DNA of 64,000 bases. Source: Chiloscyllium plagiosum (taxonomy: Eukaryota). This document shows positions 12,190 through 24,169 of this stretch, one piece after another. The DNA lies in NCBI RefSeq assembly GCF_004010195.1, contig NC_057718.1, positions 99,381,112-99,445,111 of the forward strand, written 5' to 3'. Each line of letters starts with the position of its first letter. Within the stretch, counting starts at the first letter, position 1. Below the pieces are notes generated by a model. That model worked only from the letters and a program-made list of their open reading frames with translations. It made no database searches and had not been told where the DNA came from. Made by a program: the position numbers and the translations under genes.

Positions 12190-12732
12190 TATGAATTTGG
12201 TCCCTTGTTTAAGGAAGCATATTTCATTGGAGGTAGTTCAGATAAGGTTCACTAGAATAATCCCTGGTTTGGAGGGATTGTTTTATGAGCAAAGGTTAAA
12301 CAGGTTAGGACTCTACTCCCTGGAGTTTAGGAGAATGGGAGGTGCTCTCATTGAAACATATCAGATTCGTAAGGGGCTTGACAGAGTCAATGTTGAGAGG
12401 ATGTTTGTCCCTTCATGGGAGAGTCTGGGACCAGAGGATAGAGTCGCAGAATAAATGGGCACCAATTTCAGACTGAGATGAGGAGGAATTCCTTCCCTCA
12501 GAGGGTTGAGAGTCTTTGGAACTCCTTACCACAGAGACAGCTGTGGGGGCAGAGTCCCTGTGTATATTTAAGGCTGAGATAGATAGATTCTTGATCAGTC
12601 GGGAATTCAAAGGTTTTGTGGGAAGGACAGGAAAGTGGAGGTGAGGAATGTCGGATCAGCCACGATCCTATTGAATGTCAGAGCAGGGCGGAAGGGCCGA
12701 ATGGCTTACACTAAATGGCTCTCTCTTATGAA
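12190..12732 (+). mobile_element. CR1 LINE 3' fragment
   Basis: LEVVQIRFTRIIPGLEGLFYEQRLNRLGLYSLEFRRM motif followed by the 3' UTR. Confidence 0.9.
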
Positions 12733-12881
12733 CTATGGTCTTAGAGGTCAACAAAAAATCCTGGCCCAGCCATCGACACACACTTCCCAAAAAAAAACCA
12801 AGTAAAATGTCTATCTTGTGTTTGTTTTTGCACTGTCAAGTTGCACAGGTGGATACATCAATAGGTTTACCCCCTTTGTCT

Positions 12882-13156
12882 GTGATGTGGAGATGCCGGT
12901 GTTGGACTGGGGTGGACAAGGTCAGAGGTCACACAACATCAGGTTATAATCCAACAGGTTTATTTGTCAGGTCTAGTGAGAGGGAAGCACGCTGGCGCAG
13001 AATTTATGGGCAGAGAGATCACACGCAGAGCGATCAAAAGATCATACAAATGGTTTTGTGTTCCGCGCACTTCCCTCTCACCACACTCCAAAAGCTTGTA
13101 ATTTCAAATAAACCTGTTGGACTATAACCCGGTGTCGTGTGACTTTCGTCCACCTT
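12882..13156. mobile_element. Palindromic PLE-terminus insertion (family C)
   Basis: Inverted arms CAGGTTATAATCCAACAGGTTTATTTG / CAAATAAACCTGTTGGACTATAACCCG. Confidence 0.75.
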
Positions 13157-14140
13157 TGTGCGTGCAGTTACTTCTCCTGAAACGATCCATAGATTTTCCA
13201 TCTCTCCCCGTCCCAGTTCGATAGGTGCTCCTGAACGGAGATGCCTAGTTCCGAACTCGCTTTCTCCGTTTGAGTACTTGGCTGGGGCAGGAGCTTCCAC
13301 CTGCTTTGGGGTCGAAGGGCTGTGGGGCGTGGGGGAATGAGAACTACCTTCAGAAGGAACGTGGATCCCCGCGCTGCATGGGATCTGGTCTAAAAGCAGA
13401 CCTGTCACGTATATCATCCAGGCAGGCCCGCTCCGGCTGGGGAAGATGGCGATGGCATCGCTCCAGAAGGCAGCATTCCCATTTAGAAAATTTGAAATGT
13501 CTTTTCACAGCTTGGATCATGTTCGAGTGGGAAGGTTTGGACGAAATCTTGTTCCCTCTCCACATGGTACTGAGCTACTATCACAGAGGGAGTCTCACCA
13601 ACAGTAGCCTTCTCTTTTAAAGCAAAAACGGAATCCTTCAGAATGATTTAACAACATTTTCGTTATTCTGTCAGTCTCTTTTTGTAATATCTCTTGCCTG
13701 AGCTGTAAATGTCAATGACTTTTGATAAGAGGATAGGTTTTTAACAGAATTACTGAGGCATCGAGAACAGAAGCAATCCAAGTGGGATGCAACTGCTCAG
13801 ACATGCTCCACCATTCAGTACGTTCATGGCTGGTCTCCAAACTCCAATCCATTTTCCTGCCCTTTCCCTATATTATTCTTCCTGGTGTTCAAGGTGGAAT
13901 GGGGCCATTATTTGAAGAGAGGAGAAGACCAGAAAATAGCAGGATGTGCAATACTCTTTTGGAGAGTTGGTACAGAAACAATGGGCTGAAGGGCCTCTTT
14001 TCTGTGTTGTACCAATTCTTCCACAGGCAGGGCCAGCATTCCTATCTGAACTAACTCCACAGAGGCCGGTATCCCATCACTCATTTGCCCTTTATTGACA
14101 TGTGGAGAGTCCTTGATGTTAGTACTGCCTCATTCAGAGC

Positions 14141-14559
14141 TGTGATTTGGAGATGCCGGTGTTGGACTGGTGTGTACAAAGTTAAAAATCACACAACACC
14201 AGGTTATAGTCCAACAGGTTTAATTGGAAGCACACTAGCTTTCGGAGCGCCGTTCCTTCATCAGGTGATAGTGGAGGATACAATTGTAAGGCACAGAATT
14301 TATAGCAAAAGTTTACAGTGTGATGTAACTGAAATTGCACATTGAAAAATACCTTGATTGTCTGTTGAGTCTTTCATCTGTTCGAATACCATGATAGTTT
14401 CAACAATATGTTGTCAACATATTGTCTCGCTAACACCAATTGTTACAGTTAACCTGAGAATGCAACTTTTAAAAAAAAAGTTTTGTCATTTACACATGAA
14501 AGAAGTGAAACTATCATGGTGAAGGAGCGGCGGCCCGAAAGCTAGTGTGCTTCCAATTA
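14141..14559. mobile_element. PLE family C 3' end with inverted segments
   Basis: Long arm on minus with an intact hammerhead core; short + arm GAAGGAGCGGCGGCCCGAAAGCTAGTGTGCTTCCAATTA; flanked by ATTCAGAG direct repeats. Confidence 0.8.
14234..14267 (-). ncRNA. Minimal hammerhead ribozyme motif (PLE family C)
   Basis: Minus strand CAC-CUGAUGA-A-GGAAC-GGC-GCUCC-GAAA-G-CUA-GUG: core boxes intact, helix I CAC/GUG, helix II with one mismatch. Confidence 0.7.
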
Positions 14560-14924
14560 TTCAGAGATAGCTCTCAGAGTGCCAGTATCTCTGACGGTCC
14601 TGTTTGTATCTGTCAGCCAAGGTTCCCTGATTTGACCAGCCCCAATCAGGGAACTCAGATACTATGAGATCCACTTGGCTGACCTCGTTACAATCACTAC
14701 ACTGACCTGAGAAAGTGTTAGGGAGCATTGATTCAATTCTAATTCTCTTCGTGCAGCTAGACCCATTGATCTCAAGGTGTTGAGTCAACATTTGGCTCAA
14801 ACAATTACTCCTTGTGATCTCAGACAACTTGCAGAATAAACAAGATGGAGCTCCATTACCTAAAAGTGTGGTAAAATAAATAAAGCAGAAACTTTACCAA
14901 CATATTGCAATCCTTTCCATCAAA

Positions 14925-15054
14925 AATCTGTGTTTTTGTTTTTGCCGCTGTTTACCTATTATTTACTATCTATGCTACTTAACTCTGTGACTCGCAAGAC
15001 AAAGCCTTTCACTGTGCCTCGGTACATGTGACAATAAATTCAATTCAATTCAAT
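14925..15054 (+). mobile_element. Rex1/Babar LINE 3' tail with (ATTCA)n
   Basis: Close reverse-complement match to the 3' end of the Rex/Babar copy at 47686-47820. Confidence 0.8.
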
Positions 15055-15211
15055 TAAAGATGCTGACTGGGAACTGGAGTGGAAACATCTGCAAATGACT
15101 GCATATGATGTCTTGTTTGGTAAAATGTACAAGCAGCATGGAGCAAGGGAAGTAATTGAATGGTGGAAGAGATCGATGAACTGAATGGCCTGCTGATGTC
15201 CCACAGAATGG

Positions 15212-15500
15212 GAGTGGCTCAGCAGTTAGCACTGTTGTCTCACAGGGTCAGGGAGCTGGGTTCAATTCCACTGTCGGGTGACTGCTTGTGTGGAGTTTGT
15301 ATATTCTCCCCGTGTGTGCATGGGTTTCCTCCAGGTGCTCTAGTTTCCTTCCACAGTGCAGGTTAGGGTGGATAGGCCATGTTAAATTGCCCATAGAGTC
15401 CAGGGATGTTTGGGTTAGGTGGATTAGGTGTGGGAAATACGAGGATTGGGTGGGATGCTCTGCGGAGGGTCGGTGTTTTCACACTGTAGGGATTCTATGA
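15212..15500 (+). mobile_element. HE1-type SINE (diverged)
   Basis: GTGGCTCAGCAGTTAGC head, GGTTCAATTCC B-box, conserved body. Confidence 0.85.
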
Positions 15501-15784
15501 AACACACAATTGTTTGTTGCATCCAGCCCATCATGTCTGCCTTGGCTTTCCCCATGATCAAATCTCACCTTCTCCCTGACACCTTGTACATTCTTCCTTT
15601 TCCTGTAACATTCTAACTTTCTTCCGAATGCTTCGCTTGAACCTGTTTCTGCCTGATTCTCAGACGATGCATTCCAGACCTTAGTCGCTCACTGCTTTCC
15701 TCATGCCCATCCTGCCTACTTTGCCAATTACTTTAAACCCTGTGCCCATCCATTATTGATCGTTTCCAAGCTCCGAGGAAAACA

Positions 15785-16490
15785 GGATAGGAGCTGGAGT
15801 AGGCCATTTGGCCCCTCCAGCCTCCTCTGCCATCCATTAAGATCATGGCTGATCATTGAGCTCAATATGCTTATGCCACACTCCCTGCATATCACTTGAT
15901 CATTTTCACCATAAAAGCTACATCCACCTCCCTCTTAAAAACACATAATGCTTTGGCTTCAACCACTTCCAGTGGCAGTGAATACCACAGGCTCACTACA
16001 CTCTGATGAAGAAATTTCTCCTTATCTCAATCCTAAAGTGTTTACCCCTTTGTCTTTAACTGTAACCTCTGGTTCTGGACTCCTCCACCATGGAGAAAAT
16101 CTTTCCTGCATGTAACTTGTCTCGTCCTGTTCGTATTTTATAGGTCCCTGTAAGATCCAACCCCCGCCCTATTCTTCCAAACTCCAGTGAATACAATCCT
16201 AAGCGATTCAATCTGTCCTCACATGTCAGATGGACTGCAGCGGCTCAAGAAGGCAGCTCACCCTGATCTTCTCAAGGGGCAACTAGGGACGGGCAATAAA
16301 TGCCCATGTCCCACAAATGAATAAAAAAGAAGTCTTGCCATTTCAAGAATCAGTTTGTTAAACCTTCTCTGCACTCCCTTAAAAGGTAGAGCGTCCTTCC
16401 ACTGATACAGAGACAAAACCTCCACGCAATACTCCAGGTATGGCCTCACCAATCCCCTGTAAGAACAAGACATCCTTATTCCTGTGTTTG
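15785..16490 (-). mobile_element. CR1 LINE 3' fragment with a + strand LINE-tail insertion at ~16230-16330
   Basis: YRGLVRPYLEYCV...VQRRFNKLI on minus. Confidence 0.85.
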
Positions 16491-16859
16491 GAAGCAATCC
16501 TCACTTGTCCAAACTATCTTCATAACTGAAAGTCCTCATCATTGGAATAATTCCTGTGAATCTTTTCAGCACTCTCTCCAATACCAATCTTCCCGAAGTG
16601 CGACACACAGAACTGGATATGGGACTCCATCTGAGGCCAAACTAATGTCCCGTGTTCTTAATTAATATATTTCTGACCACCTTCTTTAATTATACGGTCC
16701 CCCAATCCCATGTTGGTAAGACATTTGCTGACAGGTTGTTCTTTATGTGACTAAAACCATTCTTAAATAGTTTAACTCCAGGGTATCCCAGTGCACTGTT
16801 GGCCAGACTTCCACATTCTAAGCTGTGTAAACCCGAGTCCATCCAAAGCTCTCCTGCCC

Positions 16860-17235
16860 ACTGACGTAACACGCTCCAACTCCTGTTCACTCAGCACTCA
16901 TGCTTGTTAGCCTTCATTGGCTCCTGATTAAGCAATATCTCAGTTTTAAGGTTCCCATCCTACTTTTCAAATTCTCCCACTCTTCTGCCCCCATCTCTGT
17001 CACCTCCTCTGGCCCCATAATCAGTGACCCACCTACCCACCTCTCCCCACCCCCCAGCCTGTCATATCCATGCTCCTCTAATTCCCCATGTGAATGACTC
17101 CACTCTTGGAGACCTATACTTTCAGTTGCCTGGGCCCTACGCTGTGGAACTCCCTCCATAAATATCTCCAACTCTACCCTCTTTTCAGAAACTCCTTACA
17201 ATGTACCCCTTTAATCAAACCTTTGATCATCCGAC
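16860..17235 (+). mobile_element. L2-like LINE ORF2 C-terminal remnant
   Basis: LVSLHWLLIKQYLSFKVPILLFK resembles the L2 'LHWLP..RI.FK' motif; GPTLWNSL downstream. Confidence 0.65.
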
Positions 17236-17289
17236 TAATATTACATCATGGCACTCTGTTGAAACACAGGATTATTATGATGCAGAAGG

Positions 17290-17676
17290 CGATTATTCTA
17301 TCCATCATAACTGTGCCGTCTCTGGATCGATTATCCAAGCGGACTTTATTACCCAGTCTGGCCCAATTATCCAGTTGCTCTATTAACCAGTCCAGATCCA
17401 TTAACCAGTAAGGCACTATAATGCAGTATGGCCCTATTATCCAGTCTGTCTCTATTATCCAGATTGCCTCTATTATCTGGTCTGGCCTTATTATCCAGTC
17501 TGAGATCTATTATCCAGTCTGGTATCTATTATCCACTCCGGATCTATTATCCACTCTGGATCGGTTATCCAACCTGGATCTTTTATCCAGTCAGGAATCT
17601 AGTATCTAGTTCGGGATGTATTATTTACTGTGGATCTATTATCCAGCCTGGGATCTGTAATCCACTCTGGATCTAG
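17290..17676. repeat. Degenerate ~18-bp minisatellite (GATCTATTATCCAGTCTG), ~20 units
   Basis: TATTATCC core recurs at 17-19 nt spacing. Confidence 0.85.
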
Positions 17677-18682
17677 TACAAATCTCCCTCCTTTTCCCCA
17701 TATCCCAGCACACTGCTACTATCCAAAACAGACCCTCTCCCTCTTGGATGCTCAAATATTACTTTTGTATGTTGCTGTGCAATGCTCGGGGGTGGTTGTG
17801 CCCTGGCGCTACTCTCTGTAGATGCCAGTTGGTGTTGTTGTTTCGCTTTAGCCCTTTTTAGTGTTACCCTGATGCGATGGTGGCAAGTCCATCACCTCCC
17901 TGATAAACCTCCTCTCCCCGTCAGTAGGGGCCGTTCAGCTTAAGGACTCTGCAAACACGCAAATCGATTTCTTTTGCAGCGCGGGAATATTTCGACTGGT
18001 GCCGTGCAAGTAGAAACGTGGACAGAAGGGTAGGTACCGAAACACTTTGAAAGCAAAAAAAAACGTGAAGGCTAATTATAGCCTTGGATACCAGTTTGAT
18101 TGTGAAATCCACTGAATCATTTACTCCCAAAAGTCTTGCACTGCCCGTAAATGAATGTCTTCACTTTCTTTTTCTGAAGCTAGCATGGGGTCACCTGCAA
18201 CTCCTCTCACTGGCAAAGTGAGGTCCACTGGGGCCGACATGCAGACTGAAATGTTATCTGATACTTTCTATTAATACAGTAGACTCCTGCTGATGTTGCA
18301 ACTTCCCAGCACTCTGGCTCTGTCAGGCATAACATCAAAACAACTCCAAAGTAACAAAACCAGCCCCTCACTTCTGCTTTCGGCCTTAGCTCATCATGAA
18401 CGTCAGGGAAATCCCATTTCTCTCAGGCAGATTCATTCTGTTGCTTTGAAACTCATGCAAATGTCACTTTGCAATCATTTGAAAGCTCCATCAGCTTTAT
18501 TTCTGCAGTATTGATTAGGGTCAATTTTACACATGGGTACAACACTCTCCGCCTCTGCCCCTTTGCTGTTTCTCGGTGGGTCGGTATTCTCAATTCTGCC
18601 CTATCCCCGTATCAACCTGGTGCAGAAGGTTTTAACAACTTGCACTTGTATAGCGCCCTTGGTGCTGTGAAACATCAGCCAG

Positions 18683-19380
18683 TTATAGAGTCAAAGAGAT
18701 GTACAGCATGGAAACAGACCCTTCGGTCCAATCCGTCCATGCTGACCAGATATCCCAACCTAATCTCGTCCCACCTGCCAGCACCCGGCCCATATCCCTC
18801 CAAACCCTTCTTATTCATATACCCATCCAAATGCCTCTTAAATGTTGCAATTGTACCAGCCTCCACCACATCCTCTGGCAGCTCATTCCATACACGTNNN
18901 NNNNNNNNNNNNNNNNNNNNNNNNNNNNNNNNNNNNNNNNNNNNNNNNNTCTGAACCCTTTCAAGTTTCACAACATCTTTCCGATAGGAAGGAGACCAGA
19001 ATTGCATGCAATATTCCAACAGTGGCCTAACCAATGTCCTGTACATTGCATGCAATATTCCAACAGTGGCCTAACATGACCTCTCAACTCCTGTACTCAA
19101 TACTCTGACCAATAAAGGAAAGCATACCAAATGCCTACTTCACTATCCTATCTACCTGTGACTCCACTTTCAAGGAGCTATGAACCTGCACTCCAAGGTC
19201 TCTTTGTTCAGCAACACTCCCTAGGACCTTACATTAAGTGTATAAGTCCTGCTAAGATTTGCTTTCCCAAAATGCCGCACCTTGCATTTATCTGAATTAA
19301 AGTCCATTTGCCACTTCTCAGCCCATTGGCTCATCTGGTCCAGATCCTGTTGTAATCTGAGGTAACCCTCTTCACTGTCC
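18683..19380 (-). mobile_element. CR1 LINE 3' fragment spanning an assembly gap
   Basis: [43 protein letters not shown] and RVWNELPEDVVEAG motifs. Confidence 0.92.
18898..18949. other. Assembly gap (52 N)
   Basis: Run of N. Confidence 1.
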
Positions 19381-19551
19381 ATTAGCATTGGGCACAGAGG
19401 GTTTGGAAGCTCAGTGCCCATGCTCTTTTCCCTGGGGAGGTGTTGGCGAGGGATGTGACAGGAGAGGCAGGGAGAGCACGGGCATCACTGCCAGGAATAG
19501 TGAGTTGTTGGAGGAGGCTTCAGGGAGCATTGCTAACTCGCCTGTCTCATA

Positions 19552-19730
19552 GACAGACAGGAAGCTGGAAGAACACAGAGTAGATAGAGTGTGGTGCACA
19601 GCAGGTCAGGCAGCATCCGAGGAGTAGGTGAGTTGATATTTCAGGCAGGACCCTTCATCTGGAAGAACACAGCACACCAGGTGGCTGTGGAGAAGTCAAC
19701 GTTTCGGATGTAACCCTTCTTCAGGACTGG
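19552..19730 (-). mobile_element. PLE terminus (family D) with a family A fragment nested inside (19579-19658)
   Basis: 14-bp direct repeat CTGGAAGAACACAG flanks the inner fragment; hammerhead in the outer element at 19698-19724. Confidence 0.7.
19694..19728 (-). ncRNA. Minimal hammerhead ribozyme motif (PLE family D)
   Basis: Minus strand AGUC-CUGAAGA-A-GGGU-UAC-AUCC-GAAA-C-GUU-GACU: intact core, helix I AGUC/GACU. Confidence 0.7.
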
Positions 19731-19941
19731 ATGTCTCTCTCTCTCTCTCTCTCTCTTGTCAGTAGCTTGCCTCTCTCTCAGCTGATTAGCTCACTAAGAG
19801 AGAGGCTTCCACTTTAAATAGGAGTGGAGTAGGCACTTGTTAGAGGGGGTGGACGCAATACCAGGTGGGGGTGGGGGTGGGGACGAGGATAGATGTGCGA
19901 TCTGGGTGAATAACAGACTCAGCCAGCACCAGCGGATCAAG

Positions 19942-20915
19942 AGATCAAAGAATCTTACAGCACAGGAACAGGCCCTTTGACCCTCCAAGCCTACACCAAT
20001 CCAGATCCTCTGTCTAAACCTGTCACCTATTTTCTAAGGGCCTGTATCCCTCTGCTCCCTGCCCATTCATGTATCTGTCTAGACACATCTTAAATGTCAC
20101 TATTGTGCTCTTCTCTACCACCTCCACTGGCAACTTGTTCCAGGCATCCATGACCCTTTGCATAAAGAACTTTCCATGCATATATCCCCTAAACTTTTCC
20201 CCTCTCACCTTGAACTCATGACCTCGAGTAATTGCGTCCCCCTCTCTGGGAAAAAGCTTCTTGCTATCCACCCTGTCTATACCTCTCATGATTTTGTAGA
20301 CCTCAATCAGGTCCCCCCTCAACCTCCATCTTTCTAATGAGAATAATCCTAATCTGCTCAACCTGTCCTTATAGCTAGCACCCTCCATACCAGACAACAT
20401 CCTGATGATCCTCCTCTGCACCCTCTCCTAAGCATCCACATCCTTTTGGTGATGTGGTGATCAGAACTGTACGCAGTATTCCAAATGTGGCCAAACCAAA
20501 GTCCTATACAACTGTAACATTACCTGCCAACTCTTGTACTCAATACCCCGCCTGATGAAGGGAAGCATGCCATATGCCTTCTTGACCACTCTATCGACCT
20601 GCGTTACCACCTTTAGGGTACAATAGACGTGAATATTCAGAACTCTCTGTACATCAATACTCCCCAGGGCTTTTCCATTTACCGTATAGTTCACTCTTGA
20701 ATTGGATCTTCCAAAATGCATCACCTTGCATTTGCCGGGGTTGAACTCCATCTGCCATTTCTCTGCCCAACTCTCCAATCTATCTATATTCTGCTGCACT
20801 ATCTGACAGTCCCCTTCACTACCTGCTACTCCACCAATCTTAGTGTCATCTGCAAACTGGCTAATCAGACCACCTATACCTTCCTCCAGATCATTTATGT
20901 ATATCACAAACAAAG
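19942..20915 (-). mobile_element. CR1 LINE 5'-truncated copy (RT from the FADD motif to the 3' UTR)
   Basis: LFVIYINDLEEGIGGLISQFADDTKIGG...WAEKWQMEFNPGKCKVMHFG...YRTLVWPHLEYCVQF; stop-disrupted. Confidence 0.95.
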
Positions 20916-21571
20916 ACAGCGATTGGAAATTCCCCTGTATGGCTGAGTTTAATGTTCTCCCCAAATGCAAATGCTGGAAAGTGGGGTTAGAAGAGTGAGC
21001 TGGTTGTTCCTGACAGGCACAGACCAGCTGGGCTGAAGGGCCTTGTCTCTGCTGTAGACCTCCGTGACTGTATGGCGCATGAGCGCCTGAATCCTGGGAG
21101 TGGCCTGCTTTGACACGATGGTCAGGTTGGAAAGGGAGTTCCCAAAATAAAACCAGCGATGCCATTGTCTCTGGCCGCTATTCTCAGAGTTCCTGAGGTG
21201 AAATCTTTAGGACTCACCCTTTCCCAATCATCTGCTGAGGAATTGCAAATGGCAGGGGAGCTACATTTTAAAAGCTGAAAAATTGGGAGCATAGTAAGCC
21301 ATTCAGTCCATCAAGCCTGCCCCATTATTCAGAAAGGACATGACTGAGCTAGTGCGGCCTTTTCTTTCCTGTCTGTCCCCGGAGACTCTCAACTCCTATC
21401 TCCTAGGAGCTGGACATCAGACTGCTCACACTTTATAATCCAATGGAGGGGCGGAAGGTTCATAGTCCTAGAGTGCTAGAGTCATACAGCACGGACACAG
21501 ACTCTTGGGTCCAACCAGTCCATGCCAAACATAGTCCCAAACTCAGCTAGTCTCCCCTGCCTGCTCCTGCC

Positions 21572-22242
21572 CCAGCAGGAATGGATTCACCAAGGACACA
21601 GTGTGATTAGCTCTCCTACCCCCTCGGGTTTTATTTTAAAGGTGCTAAAGATACCTGATAGACAATATTCAGGACAACATCCAGTCTTCAGTCGGGTATG
21701 CGATGCAGTTGGAATGAGAGAGCTGGAAGCTGATAACCGAGACCCTCCCTCCCTCCCTGGTAAAATGATCGTACATTGCAATATTCTGTTCCAAACTCCG
21801 CTCTTGAGTCTCAGCTAATTAAAACAGAATGGTCTTGGGCTGCCCAAGTGTCTTAATTATCTTTGACTTTTAAAGTATGGGGATGGTATAAGATTAATTC
21901 TCCTTTAATTATGGTGTAACCCACCAGTGATGACCCCCACACACACACATCTCTGAGAATTGATAAATACTACAATTGATAAATTGAAAATTTAGCTGAG
22001 ACTCAAGAACGGAGGTTGGAACAGAATATTGCAATGTACGATCATTTTACCAGGGAGGGAGGGTCTCTGTTATCAGCTTCCAGCTCTCTCATTCCAGCTG
22101 CGTCGCATACCCGACAGAAGACTGGATGTTAGCATGTTGTCCTGAATATTGTTCAAGTGGCATCCTTCGCACCTTTAAAGTAAAACATGAGGAAGTAAGG
22201 GAGCTGATCTCACTGTGTCCTTGGTGAAGCCATTCCTGCTGG
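21572..22242. repeat. Long imperfect inverted repeat: arms 21572-21818 and 21992-22242, 173-bp spacer
   Basis: For example GGTAAAATGATCGTACATTGCAATATTCTGTTCCAA (21759-21794) is the exact reverse complement of TTGGAACAGAATATTGCAATGTACGATCATTTTACC (22016-22051). Confidence 0.93.
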
Positions 22243-22531
22243 TGGTTAAATTTTCAGGGTTCAATGTCTTATCCAACAGATTGAGAATTATTTGCCAAAT
22301 ATGGGACAGTGGTTATATTATAATAACAGAGGCCATTCAGCCCACAGTCTCTGTGCCAGTTCTATGACGAAACTACCCGATCAATCCCAATCCTCTGCTC
22401 TTTCCCCATGGCCCAGAAATCTAGTTACCTAATAATGGACTTACAATTTCCTAAATACACAAGAGCACAATAAATATTTTGCATGATCAATGTTGCATTA
22501 TTCACAGAAGTTAATATTATAATTGACTCCA

Positions 22532-22763
22532 TTGAGAGTGTGTTGCTGGAAAAGCACAGCAGGTCAGGCAGCATCTGAGGAGCAAGAGAATCGACATTTT
22601 GGGCCGGAGCCCTTCATCAGAAACGTCGATTCTCCTGCTCCTCCAGTAGGAGAGGGTAGGACCCAAGGCACAGCCTTGGAGGAAAGGACCAACCCTGCTG
22701 TGCTTTTCCAGCACCGGACTCTCAACTCTGATCTCCAGCATTTGCAGACCTCACTTCCTCCTT
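22532..22763. mobile_element. Palindromic PLE-terminus insertion (family A) with a captured CR1 patch
   Basis: Inverted GCTGGAAAAGCACAGCAGG / CCTGCTGTGCTTTTCCAGC; antisense CTGATGA core at 22614-22620; tail CTCCAGCATTTGCAGACCTCACTTCCTCC. Confidence 0.85.
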
Positions 22764-23254
22764 AATTGTCTGTACGCTGAATCAAGAGTAATGATTGAAA
22801 AGCTAGCAAGCAAATAATTAAATACTAATCAAATGAATATAAGTTGATCTTTCTTGATGGATGAAATCCTGTGGTCTTCCCCCCAGATTAAGTAGGACAG
22901 TTGTCTGGCTGAAATGCCATGTCCAGCTTCTCAGGAGTGGGAGTTAAACCCACACTTTGTTGACACAGTAGTAGGAGTGCTACCTACTGAGCTATAGTTG
23001 ACACTGGTTCATGCAAGCTTAAGTAGACCTGAAGTAGCTTAATTGCATAACACCTTTACACATCCCATACTATGTCAACAGTGCAAAGTTTCTATTTATT
23101 CAGCAAATCTAGGGTTGTTTTTATCTATCAACCCATTATTAGGCCCTTCAGCCTTGATTGACACATTACTCCAGACTGAAAGAGGTGTGCTTTATGCAGT
23201 GTATTTGTCTGGTAAATATTTAAATGCTTGAGCAGTGATATATAGGGGTGGAGT

Positions 23255-23715
23255 GTCAGACAGCATTAGAATACAAGAGCAGAGACATCCTACAGAGGCT
23301 GTATAACGCTCTAGTCAGGCCGCATTTGGAATATTGTGAGCAGTTTTGGACCCTGTACCTAAGGAAGGATATGCTGGCATGGGAGAGGGACCAGGGGAGG
23401 TTTACAAGAATGATCCTGGGGATTCAAGGCTTGTCATTTGAGGAGCGGTTGAGGACTCTGGGTCTGTACTCAATAAAATGTAGAAGGATAAGGGGGATAT
23501 TCTGTTTGAAACTTATAGAATCCTGAGAGGCCTGAGTGGACAAGATGTTTCCACCAGTAGGAGAGAGTTGGACCCAAGGGGACAGCCTTGGAGGGAAGGT
23601 CCAACCCTTTAGAACTGAAATGAGGAAGAATTTCTTCAGTCAGAGGGTGGGGAATCTGTGGAACACATTGCCGCAGAGCGCTGTGGAGGCCAAGCCATTG
23701 TGTGTATTTAAGGAA
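23255..23715 (+). mobile_element. CR1 LINE 3' ORF2 fragment
   Basis: LYNALVRPHLEYCEQFW and FRTEMRKNFFSQRVGNLWNTLP motifs. Confidence 0.9.
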
Positions 23716-24031
23716 TAGAATACTCAATGATTGAGAATTCAAATAGTCAATGACTGAGAATTATAATATTCAAAGATTGAGTATTCTCTTGGCTAGAGAT
23801 TTTTGAAGATTTACATGCCTCTGAGTGAAGTGATTACTGCTCATCTCTTTCTGAAGTCATCAACCTACCACCCTGATCCTGGGTCTCTCGGCTCACTGTA
23901 CACAAAGAAAGTAACCCGCTGTGTTAACCCTGAGAGGTTCCAATACATTTTCAGGAGATGACCTCCCACTCTACAAGTCCGTTGAATGCAGGTACATTTT
24001 CTCCAATCTTTCCAAAAGGGCTAACTCTTTT

Positions 24032-24169
24032 ATTCTGAGTTAGAGTGGCGCTGGAAAAGCACAGCAGTTCAGGCAGCATCCGAGGAGCAGGACCTGACCT
24101 GCTGTGCTTTTCCAGCACCACGCTAATCCAGAATCTGGTTTCCAGCATCTGCAGCCATTGTTTTTACCT
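24032..24169. mobile_element. Palindromic PLE-terminus insertion (family A variant), apex deleted
   Basis: Inverted arms; the right arm matches 57350-57380 and continues with a ~35-nt tail. Confidence 0.8.

Larger units (their letters stand above)
14047..14701 (-). mobile_element. Solo-LTR-like element interrupted by a PLE insertion (14141-14559)
   Basis: On minus it begins TGTAGTG and ends ...AGTTCA (TG...CA) with an internal AATAAA; a related copy lies at 45598-45771. Confidence 0.55.
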
